A stretch of 10,199 nucleotides of DNA. It comes from an uncultured Myxococcales bacterium (GTDB lineage: Bacteria; Myxococcota; UBA4151). The translations under genes and the position numbers were made by a program. Shown here in pieces: positions 1 through 7,286 of the stretch; the stretch's first letter is position 1, and every line of letters starts with the position of its first letter. Location: positions 1 to 10,199 of the forward strand of contig CAXGWI010000132.1 in assembly GCA_964013405.1 (NCBI GenBank), in the 5' to 3' direction. A model generated the notes under the pieces. That model saw only the letters and a list, made by a program, of their open reading frames with translations, was not told where the DNA came from and did no database searches.

Positions 1-1323
1 GCATTGCTCGACACCTAGATGGAGGTGACCATCCCCGCATCGAGCATTGAGGCAGGCATTCGTACAACTGTCGGTGTTGGCTTGATTCCCGTCGTCACAG
101 TCTTCTTCGCCCTGCACGTGCCCATCGCCGCAGGCTGCGTTTCGGCAGGCAGTGGTGCAGGCGTCGGTTTCGATGCGATTGCCGTCATCGCATTGCTCAA
201 TCCCCTGGGCGACAATGCCATCGCCGCAGAAGCCGAAGCGGCAATCATTAGTGCACGCATCGCCTTGCACTTCGTTGCCGTCGTCGCACTCTTCGACGCC
301 GCGCCAAACAATGCCGTCGCCGCAGCGAGCGACGAGGCAATTGCCCGTGCAAGCATCGGCCTCAAGAACATTGCCATCGTCGCAACTCTCGTAGCCGTCA
401 TCTCCGGGCTCTCGGTCTCGGCGCCGGACGCCATCCCCGCATCGGGCCGGCTGGCAATCGTTGGTGCAGGCATCCACATGGATCCGGTTGCCGTCGTCAC
501 AGTCCTCGAGCAGTTGGTGCTCGATGCCGTCACCGCACCGAGCTGTTAGGCACTGACCGGTGCAGTCATCAGTATTGACCTCGTTACCATCGTCGCACTC
601 TTCAATACCCCGCCAGAGAACGCCATCGCCGCAGCGAGCGAGCGCGCAGGTGTTGGTGCAGCCATCGCTGTCGATGGGATTGCCGTCGTCGCAGCTCTCA
701 GGCTCTTGAACATAGCCATCACCACAGCGGGCAGTGCGGCATTCGTTGGTGCAACCATCCGCGTTGTCACGATTGCCATCATCGCACTCTTCTAATCCCT
801 CGCGAACGGAGCCGTCGCCACAACGATTCACGAGACAGCCAAGGGTACAAGCGGCCCCCTCGCCGTTCTCCTCCGCATCGTCACATTGCTCACCGAGAAA
901 GCTCTGAACGTAACCGTCGCCGCAACGGGGTGCACCACAAACGGGGGTGCACCCATCGGTGGAGACCGTATTGCCATCATCGCATTCCTCGTAGCCCACT
1001 TCTTCGGGTTCGAGATCCTTGCGGTGGTAGCCATCACCGCAGCGGGCGTCTAAGCAGCGCGTCGTACACGCGTCATCGTTGCGTTCGTTGCCATCATCAC
1101 AGTCCTCACCCTCTTGGACGGTTCCATCGCCGCAACTGGGCAGGGCGCAGAGACGGGTACAGCCGTCCCCATCGATTTGGTTGCCGTCATCACAGGGTTC
1201 CACCCCTCGATGAATGAAGCCATCGCCGCAACGGGCCTCTTGGCAGTCGCTCGTACAGGCATCGATGCCAGAGAGATTGCCGTCGTCACAGGCTTCACCG
1301 GGTTGGACTTCGCCATCACCGCA
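1..1323 (-). repeat. Tandem protein-level repeat array, 31-39 aa units, consensus CGDG-x(6-14)-CDDGN-x(6-7)-CT-x2-C-x4
   Basis: 14 CGDG starts counted. Each complete unit has 4 Cys. DNA copies are diverged, so the array is not a recent expansion. Confidence 0.95.
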
Positions 1324-1479
1324 AACCGCTTCAAGGCAGAATCCCGTGGTCCGTTCGCAGTACCAGCCAGCGGTGCAATCACTGTTGGCATTACAATCAG
1401 CTGCTTCGCCGAAATCCGGTTGGGGGCAGGCTGTAAAAAGCATCACGAGTAGAGTGGCGTGAATCCGTATCAAAGGCAT
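1..1479 (-). CDS. Predicted lipoprotein with tandem myxobacterial cysteine-rich repeats (DUF4215 / myxo_disulf_rpt-like); 3' end outside the window
   Basis: Manual translation gives 493 stop-free codons from ATG 1479 to the window edge, with GGAGG 5 nt upstream. N-terminus [18 protein letters not shown] ends in a lipobox-like FTA-C (Cys18). Then a small Cys module ([20 protein letters not shown]) and 13 complete plus 1 partial repeats such as [31 protein letters not shown]. Confidence 0.92.
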   Translation of the reverse strand, partial: MPLIRIHATLLVMLFTACPQPDFGEAADCNANSDCTAGWYCERTTGFCLEAVCGDGEVQPGEACDDGNLSGIDACTSDCQEARCGDGFIHRGVEPCDDGNQIDGDGCTRLCALPSCGDGTVQEGEDCDDGNERNDDACTTRCLDARCGDGYHRKDLEPEEVGYEECDDGNTVSTDGCTPVCGAPRCGDGYVQSFLGEQCDDAEENGEGAACTLGCLVNRCGDGSVREGLEECDDGNRDNADGCTNECRTARCGDGYVQEPESCDDGNPIDSDGCTNTCALARCGDGVLWRGIEECDDGNEVNTDDCTGQCLTARCGDGIEHQLLEDCDDGNRIHVDACTNDCQPARCGDGVRRRDREPGDDGYESCDDGNVLEADACTGNCLVARCGDGIVWRGVEECDDGNEVQGDACTNDCRFGFCGDGIVAQGIEQCDDGNRIETDACTTACRNAACGDGHVQGEEDCDDGNQANTDSCTNACLNARCGDGHLHLGVEQC

Positions 1480-1484
1480 AGGTA

Positions 1485-1489
1485 CCTCC
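1485..1489 (-). promoter_or_regulatory. Shine-Dalgarno site of the Cys-repeat lipoprotein gene
   Basis: cctcc on + reads GGAGG on -, 5 nt from ATG 1479. Confidence 0.8.
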
Positions 1490-1503
1490 AATCGATGTGG
1501 GTG

Positions 1504-1541
1504 AGTCTAGATGATCAGCGGACGAAAGAAAGTCGAAAGAA
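1504..1541 (-). promoter_or_regulatory. Candidate leftward promoter: -10 TAGACT with an 11-bp-period direct repeat over the -35 position
   Basis: TAGACT (1509-1504) fits TAnnnT. There is no consensus -35 at 17 bp; TTCTTTCG-act-TTCTTTCG (1541-1523) occupies that position. Confidence 0.3.
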
Positions 1542-1570
1542 CTGACCGAGGGGCTGATCGTGCTTTTTCC

Positions 1571-1605
1571 TTGCGGTGGCTGCTCCTAGCCCATATTGCG
1601 CCCCC
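1571..1605 (+). promoter_or_regulatory. Candidate sigma70-type promoter of the rimP-nusA-infB operon with a GC-rich discriminator
   Basis: TTGCGG (1571-1576), CATATT (1592-1597), then GCGCCCCC. The 15-nt spacing is suboptimal. Position fits, just upstream of the leader hairpins. Confidence 0.35.
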
Positions 1606-1627
1606 AACATCTCGCATCTTCGGACGC

Positions 1628-1658
1628 AGGGTGGGTCTTCGGACCCGCCTTTTTCTTT
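1628..1658 (+). terminator. rimP-leader-type intrinsic terminator / attenuator
   Basis: AGGGTGGGTC-TTCG-GACCCGCCTT: 10-bp stem with two G-U pairs and a cUUCGg loop, followed by TTTTTCTTT, ending 14 nt before the rimP start. The upstream gene is divergent, so it cannot be an ordinary gene-end terminator. The GGG/CCC core matches the known rimP/ylxS leader terminators. Confidence 0.8.
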
Positions 1659-1672
1659 AACTGGAGCTCATC

Positions 1673-2161
1673 GTGATTAGCCGCTTTATCTTGGGACATC
1701 GGACCGAGATGCTGAAGAAACTCGAGGCGATTCTGGCGGAACCGCTGGAAGGTATGGGTTTCTCGTTGGTTGATATCGAGTTTCAGCCCCAGGGGCGAGA
1801 AGGCGCCATCGTTCGTCTGTTTGTGGATCGGGATAGCGGCATTGATATCGGTGGTTGCACCGAAGCCAGTCGCCTCGCATCGAGCCTTCTCGATGTGGAG
1901 GACCCGATTCAGGGTGCGTACAAACTAGAGGTGTCGAGCCCGGGCTTGGACCGGCGTTTGGCCACGGCGGTGGAGATCGATGCCGCCCTCGGATCCCGGG
2001 TCCAACTGCGGCTGGTTAAGGGCAACGAACGCCGGAATCTGACCGGCAAGTTAATGGCAAGAAATGATGAATCGCTGGAGATCGAAGAGGGCAGTGAAAA
2101 GACCTCTGTTCCCCTGGAGCGGATCCAGCGAATGAACCTGATTTACGATTTCGGAGGCTAA
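1673..2161 (+). CDS. rimP: Ribosome maturation factor RimP
   Basis: Motifs VRLFVD, C..ASR..S.LLDVEDPI.GAY.LEVSSPGLDR.L; lies directly upstream of nusA. GTG 1673 has GGAG 6 nt upstream; ATG 1709 is an alternative start. Confidence 0.96.
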   Translation: MISRFILGHRTEMLKKLEAILAEPLEGMGFSLVDIEFQPQGREGAIVRLFVDRDSGIDIGGCTEASRLASSLLDVEDPIQGAYKLEVSSPGLDRRLATAVEIDAALGSRVQLRLVKGNERRNLTGKLMARNDESLEIEEGSEKTSVPLERIQRMNLIYDFGG

Positions 2162-2166
2162 GTTCC

Positions 2167-3918
2167 ATGGATGAAGAGCTCATCAAAGTCATCGGCGAGG
2201 TCGAGAAAGAAAAGGGACTCGAAAAGGAAGTCATCATCGAAGCTCTTGAAGCAGCGATGCTGACGGCCGCGCGTAAGCGCAAGGGTCTCGTCGCCGACTT
2301 GGAAGCGAACTTTGATCCTGAGACCGGTGAGGTCAATGTGATCGAGTTTAAGAAGGTGGTCGAGGTGGTTGAGAATCCAGATTTGGAGATCACCTTGGAT
2401 CAGGCTCTGGCGATCGAGGACGACCCCGACCTGCAGTTGGGCGACGAAATCGGTCTCTTGATTCCCACTGAGGAGTTGGGCCGGATTGCGGCTCAAACGG
2501 CGAAGCAGGTGATCATTCAGCGGGTGCGTGAAGCCGACCGTGACGTGGTCTTCGAAGCCTTCAAGGACCGCCGTGGTGAGCTGATCTCGGGCACCGTTCG
2601 GCGGATCGAGCGGGGCAACATCATGGTGGACCTCTTGAAAGCGGAGGCGATTCTTCCGTACCGGGAGCAACTGCCCCGGGAGAATGTTCGCCCGGGTGAT
2701 CGTATCGAAGCCCTCGTGCTCGAGGTTCGTAAAGAGGCCCGTGGAAGTCAGATCGTTCTGTCCCGAGCCCATCCGGATTTCGTCGTGAAGCTCTTTGAGC
2801 GGGAGGTGCCTGAGATCTACGAAGGCATCGTTTCGATCAAAGCGGTGGCCCGTGAAGCAGCGACTCGGACGAAGATTGGCGTTCAATCCCGCGATGCCGA
2901 TGTGGATCCCGTGGGTGCCTGTGTGGGGATGAAGGGGATTCGAGTGCAAGCCGTGGTCAATGAGCTGCGGGGCGAGAAGATCGACATCGTGCCTTACAGC
3001 CCCGACCCGGTGCGCTTTGTTTGCTCGGCTTTGCAGCCGGCCGAAGTCAGCCGTGTTTTGGTGGACGAGGGCGAACGCCGCATGGAGATCGTGGTGCCGG
3101 ACGATCAACTGAGTCTGGCCATCGGCCGGCGAGGGCAGAACGTGCGGCTTGCCGCCGAGCTCACCGGCTGGAAACTGGACCTCCACTCTGAGTCCAAGAT
3201 GAACGAGCGGCGGGCGATTGCGTTCGAGAGCCTCGATCGTATCGAGGGTTTGGGTGAGTTGATTCAGCAGACGCTCTACAACTACGGCTACACCTCTGCA
3301 GGCCAGGTGGCGGACAGCGATGTGGCCGCACTGGCAGCGATTCCGGGGATTGAGGATGACCGGGCCCAACAGTTGGTTGAGGCAGCCCTGACCGCGGTGG
3401 CCAGCGAGCGTGCGGAGCGCAAGATTCGCCGGGAGTTGGCCCGGGATCAGGCCTCCTACGTCTACAAGCTCTACGATCTTGCGGTCACCATGCCAGCGGG
3501 CGAGGGACTCGACGGTATTCCTGAGCTAGGGCCGGTGGGTACCGCTGCGATTGTGGACTCGGGTTTGACCAACCTGGCCGAGCTGTACGTTGAAGCCACC
3601 GAGATGGATTTGGAGGCTTTTGCTGAGGCCTACGGTTGGTCTGAGGCTCGGGCCTGGACCGTCGCTTTCCGGGCTGAAGACGCGATGGCTGCTCGCCTCG
3701 ATGTGGAGTTGAACCGCCTGGTGGATCGGCCCGATGAAGCCGACTTCGCCGCGGCCGCCCAGGAGGTCGAAAATGAGACCCCCGCCGCCGACGAGCCAGC
3801 AGCGGAAGCAGCCGCCGATGAGACAGCAGCGGAAGCAGCCGCCGATGAGGCAGCAGCGGAAGCTCCCGCCGATGCAGCACCAGCAGAAGCAGCCGCCGAT
3901 AGCGAGGAAGTCGTTTAA
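2167..3918 (+). CDS. nusA: Transcription termination/antitermination factor NusA with a long C-terminal region
   Basis: GRIAAQTAKQVIIQRVREA, S1 domain, KH motifs DPVGACVGMKGIRVQ and LSLAIGRRGQNVRLA, C-terminal HhH-like repeats. GGAGG at 2153-2157. Confidence 0.98.
   Translation: MDEELIKVIGEVEKEKGLEKEVIIEALEAAMLTAARKRKGLVADLEANFDPETGEVNVIEFKKVVEVVENPDLEITLDQALAIEDDPDLQLGDEIGLLIPTEELGRIAAQTAKQVIIQRVREADRDVVFEAFKDRRGELISGTVRRIERGNIMVDLLKAEAILPYREQLPRENVRPGDRIEALVLEVRKEARGSQIVLSRAHPDFVVKLFEREVPEIYEGIVSIKAVAREAATRTKIGVQSRDADVDPVGACVGMKGIRVQAVVNELRGEKIDIVPYSPDPVRFVCSALQPAEVSRVLVDEGERRMEIVVPDDQLSLAIGRRGQNVRLAAELTGWKLDLHSESKMNERRAIAFESLDRIEGLGELIQQTLYNYGYTSAGQVADSDVAALAAIPGIEDDRAQQLVEAALTAVASERAERKIRRELARDQASYVYKLYDLAVTMPAGEGLDGIPELGPVGTAAIVDSGLTNLAELYVEATEMDLEAFAEAYGWSEARAWTVAFRAEDAMAARLDVELNRLVDRPDEADFAAAAQEVENETPAADEPAAEAAADETAAEAAADEAAAEAPADAAPAEAAADSEEVV
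3784..3900 (+). repeat. 27-bp coding minisatellite (~4.3 copies) in the nusA 3' end, encoding AADExAAEA
   Basis: Units at 3784, 3811, 3838, 3865 and partial at 3892; consensus GCCGCCGATGAGnCAGCAGCGGAAGCA. Confidence 0.9.
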
Positions 3919-3921
3919 GGG

Positions 3922-4479
3922 ATGCCTACGCGCCGTTGCACCGCCTGCCGCAGTGAATCTCGGCAGGCCACGCTGATCCGTCTCGTCACCATCGATGGTG
4001 AGGGGCTTGCGGTCGACCTCCGGGGCCGGTTGCCTGGGCGAGGTGCGTATGCGTGCGCTCGGGCAAAATGCCTCTTGAGTGCGCTCAAGGGAGCTGCGGC
4101 GAGATCGCTGCGGCAACGGGTCAGGGATTCGGCACCCAACGACCGACTGAACGAAGTGGAAGCGGGCTTGTTGCGCTTGGTCCGAGAAGGACTATCGCTC
4201 ACCGCCCGTCGACAGGGGCTCACCATTGGCCTGAGGGAAACCCTTCAGGATCTTTCATCGGGACCGATCGTCGCTGCAAAAGACTGCAGTGATCGGACCA
4301 GAAAGATGGTGGACCAAAGCATGAGGGATGTGTACGTGCTCGGCACGCAGGAGGAACTAGGACAGTGGTCAGGGCGCGGGCCCACCGGTGTTCTCGGACT
4401 TTCTGGCGGGCCTGCTGCGCGTCGCTTGATTAACGACTTGGCCCGGCTCTGCTCATTGCGAGCGAGTCAGATGGCCTAA
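3922..4479 (+). CDS. ylxR: YlxR/RnpM (DUF448) domain fused to an L7Ae/YlxQ-like RNA-binding domain
   Basis: N-half P.R.CTACR...LIRLV...D...LPGRGAYAC....C is YlxR-type. C-half LSLTARRQGLTIG, AAKDCSDRT, GTQEELGQWSGR is L7Ae-type. Canonical position between nusA and infB. Confidence 0.9.
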   Translation: MPTRRCTACRSESRQATLIRLVTIDGEGLAVDLRGRLPGRGAYACARAKCLLSALKGAAARSLRQRVRDSAPNDRLNEVEAGLLRLVREGLSLTARRQGLTIGLRETLQDLSSGPIVAAKDCSDRTRKMVDQSMRDVYVLGTQEELGQWSGRGPTGVLGLSGGPAARRLINDLARLCSLRASQMA

Positions 4480-4484
4480 GGAGG
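4477..4484 (+). promoter_or_regulatory. Strong Shine-Dalgarno of infB overlapping the ylxR stop codon
   Basis: TAAGGAGG, 6 nt before ATG 4491. Confidence 0.85.
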
Positions 4485-4490
4485 CGCGAC

Positions 4491-7283
4491 ATGGCGAGGA
4501 TCCGGCTCTACGACCTGGCGTCAAGATTCGGTAAGACTCCGGAACAAATTCGAGAGATCCTCACGTCCAACGGCGTGAAGTTAGGTGCGTCACCGTCCGC
4601 AAGTGTGGACGAAGCGGTGGCGAACAAGATCCTGTCGGAGAAGAAGGCCAGTCGACCCCGGCGAATCGCCGTGCGTCGCCGCCGCAAGAAGGACGAGGCT
4701 CCTGAGGAAGAGGCTGCGGTCGAAGCCGAGGCAGCCGAGGAGGCTGTTGCCGAGGTAGAAGCGGCTCCAGAAGCGCCGGTCGAGGCGCCAGAAGAAAGTG
4801 CTGCCGAGGCGACTGAAGCGGCCGAGGAGCGTGCGGACGACCCAGTCGTCGAAGACGATCAGCCTGAGCCCGAGGCGGTTGAGGTCAGCGCGGAAGCTGA
4901 TGCAGAGCCTTCGGAAGCGCCGGCTGAGTCTGAGCCCGAGGCGCCCGCTGAGGCCACTGCTGCTGCGCCCGAGGGACCCAAGGTCGCTCCGCCGGCCGAG
5001 GGGATCAAAAAGCGTCCTGCAGCCGTTGCCCCGGTGGCCCGAGTCGTTCGGGTGATCGATGCCGATGCGATTCGACAGCGCCTGAAAGCTGAGGGACGGC
5101 GCGGCTTTGGCCGGAAACCCGCTGGCGGGTCGGCCCCGCCCCGCCGTGGCCAAGGTGCTGGACCCGGCCGGATGGCTGGTCCTGGTCAACGACCCGGCCG
5201 GATGGGTGGCGGCGTTGGGGGTGCACCTGGCGGATTCGTTCGACCACCGATGCCGGGACCTGGCGGACCTGCTGGTCCCGGTGGGCGCCGCGGACGCGCG
5301 GCGCAGAAGAAACGTCGCAAGAGACGCCTGTCGAAGGAGGCCTTGCTGGAAATGCAGGGTGAGGAGCTCCTGCGTCGGACGGCAGCCCGGCGGACCGTGG
5401 ATCGCGATCCCAGCCAAATCGCAGCTCACAAGCGGGTACTCAGCATCAGCGAGACCGTGAGTATTCAGGATCTGGCCCACATGATGAGTGTGAAAGCCGC
5501 CGAGGTGGTGGGCGCCCTCTTCCAGCAGGGCGTGATGGTCACGATGACCCAGAGTATCGATTTCGAGACCGCAACGCTCATCGCTGAGGAGTTTGGCTTC
5601 GAGGTGAAGACGGCCGAAGTCAGTGATACGGAACTTCTTGAGATGGTGGCGGACAGTGAAGAGGATCTGAAGCCCCGGCCTCCGGTGGTCACCGTCATGG
5701 GCCACGTCGACCACGGTAAGACCTCGCTGTTGGACCGGATTCGGGCCGCCGATGTCGTCGCCGGTGAAGCCGGCGGGATTACCCAGCACATCGGCGCCTA
5801 TCAGGTGCAGACGCCTTCCGGTCCGGTGACCTTCCTCGATACGCCAGGCCACGCGGCATTTTCTGCCATGCGAGCCCGGGGTTCGGAGGTGACCGACCTC
5901 GTGATCCTGGTGGTCGCAGCCGATGATGGGATCAAGCCCCAGACGGTGGAAGCGATCAAGCATGCCCAGGATGCAGATGTGCCTTTGGTGGTCGTGCTCA
6001 ATAAGATGGACCGCCCCGAGGTGAAACCCGACCAGATCCTCCAAGAATTGACCGAACATCAGATCGTGCCCGAAGAATGGGGTGGCGACACGATGGTGGC
6101 CAAACTCTCGGCGAAGACCGGCGAGGGTGTGGAAGAGATGCTTGAGGGCTTGGCGCTCCAGGCTGAAATCCTAGAACTCCGGGCCAATCCGGACAAGCCG
6201 GCCATCGGCTCTGTGGTGGAAGCCAAACTGGATCGGGGTCGTGGTTCGGTCACGACGGTACTCGTCCATGAAGGCACGCTGCGCAAGGGCGACACGGTCG
6301 TCGCTGGCAGTTTCTACGGTCGTGTGAGGGCCTTGACGGACGAGCGAGGCCGAGTGGTCGAGGCCGCTGGACCCTCCTGTCCCGTCGCACTGCAAGGTCT
6401 CAACGGTGTCCCCATGGCCGGTGATTCGGTCTACGTGGCTCCCGACGAGAAGACGGCGAAGCAGATCGCCGAACGGCGCTCGACACGACGCCGTGAGGCC
6501 GAGCTGGCTCGCGGGGCTCGGGTCAACCTTGAGTCGTTCCTCAAGCACGGCGACCAGGCCGCCAATGCCAAGCAACTCAATGTCGTCATCAAGGGCGATG
6601 TGCAGGGCTCGGTGGAGGCCTTGAAGGAAAGCCTCAATGATCTGAGTGTCCCTCAGGTGAAGGTCAATGTCGTTCACTCGGGTGTTGGCGCGATCACCGC
6701 TAATGACGTCAGTTTGGCTGTTGCCGCTGATGCCATCGTGATTGGCTTTAACATTCGACCGGACACCAAGGGAGCCGAGGCGGCTGCCGAAGCCAAGGTC
6801 GATGTACGGATCTACAAGGTCATCTATGAGGTGATCGATGACATCCGGGCAGGCCTCGAGGGCTTGCTCGCGCCGACCCAAAAAGAGGTCTATCTGGGCC
6901 GGGCCGAGGTCAAGGAGACCTTCCGCTCACCGAAGCTCAAGACCGTCGCTGGCTGCATCGTGGTCTCGGGCATGTTGCGACGCAGCGCCAAGGTGCGCTT
7001 GTTACGCAACCACAAGGAGATCTACGTCGGCGAATTGAGTTCGCTGCGGCGCTTCAAGGACGATGTCGAAGAGGTGCCTGAAAGCCTCGAATGCGGCATG
7101 GGGCTTGAGGGCTGGTCTGATATCCAGATCGGTGACTTGGTGGAATGTTACGACATGGAAGAGGTTCAAGTGACCTTGGATCAGGCCCGCGAAGCGGCGG
7201 AAGCCAAGGAGCTTGAAGAGGCCGCTGCTGCCGAAGCCAAAGCCGCTGAAGAAGCGGAAGCGAGTTCAGAGGCCGAGGCCTAG
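4491..7283 (+). CDS. infB: Translation initiation factor IF-2
   Basis: [69 protein letters not shown]...ECG. N-terminal IF2_N motif RIRLYDLA. Confidence 0.99.
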   Translation: MARIRLYDLASRFGKTPEQIREILTSNGVKLGASPSASVDEAVANKILSEKKASRPRRIAVRRRRKKDEAPEEEAAVEAEAAEEAVAEVEAAPEAPVEAPEESAAEATEAAEERADDPVVEDDQPEPEAVEVSAEADAEPSEAPAESEPEAPAEATAAAPEGPKVAPPAEGIKKRPAAVAPVARVVRVIDADAIRQRLKAEGRRGFGRKPAGGSAPPRRGQGAGPGRMAGPGQRPGRMGGGVGGAPGGFVRPPMPGPGGPAGPGGRRGRAAQKKRRKRRLSKEALLEMQGEELLRRTAARRTVDRDPSQIAAHKRVLSISETVSIQDLAHMMSVKAAEVVGALFQQGVMVTMTQSIDFETATLIAEEFGFEVKTAEVSDTELLEMVADSEEDLKPRPPVVTVMGHVDHGKTSLLDRIRAADVVAGEAGGITQHIGAYQVQTPSGPVTFLDTPGHAAFSAMRARGSEVTDLVILVVAADDGIKPQTVEAIKHAQDADVPLVVVLNKMDRPEVKPDQILQELTEHQIVPEEWGGDTMVAKLSAKTGEGVEEMLEGLALQAEILELRANPDKPAIGSVVEAKLDRGRGSVTTVLVHEGTLRKGDTVVAGSFYGRVRALTDERGRVVEAAGPSCPVALQGLNGVPMAGDSVYVAPDEKTAKQIAERRSTRRREAELARGARVNLESFLKHGDQAANAKQLNVVIKGDVQGSVEALKESLNDLSVPQVKVNVVHSGVGAITANDVSLAVAADAIVIGFNIRPDTKGAEAAAEAKVDVRIYKVIYEVIDDIRAGLEGLLAPTQKEVYLGRAEVKETFRSPKLKTVAGCIVVSGMLRRSAKVRLLRNHKEIYVGELSSLRRFKDDVEEVPESLECGMGLEGWSDIQIGDLVECYDMEEVQVTLDQAREAAEAKELEEAAAAEAKAAEEAEASSEAEA
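5161..5205 (+). repeat. 15-bp direct repeat at 30-bp period in the IF2 Gly/Arg/Pro-rich region
   Basis: GACCCGGCCGGATGG at 5161-5175 and 5191-5205, encoding PGRM twice. Confidence 0.8.
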
Positions 7284-7286
7284 CCC

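Noticed and set aside
15..1462. ORF-track calls in 1-1462 (e.g. 19..549 +, 1114..1452 +, 15..533 -, 1050..1391 -)
   Set aside because: They are antisense or off-frame shadows of the Cys-repeat gene, which has an SD, a signal peptide and a coherent repeat motif.
1495..1560. Hammerhead-like fragments (GAGTC...GGACGAAA; CTGACCGA) and box C/D-like words (ATGATCA, CTGA twice)
   Set aside because: There is no CUGANGA core in the right place and no stems I/III. The box C match is imperfect with no C' box, and I could not build a kink-turn.
1523..1644. Short repeats as a possible mini-CRISPR or REP element
   Set aside because: Only 8-9 bp, two copies each, no spacer pattern and no cas or transposase genes.
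1480..1672. tRNA-Met (metY-like) upstream of rimP, as in E. coli
   Set aside because: No cloverleaf, no T-loop GTTCRA motif and no acceptor stem in the intergenic region.
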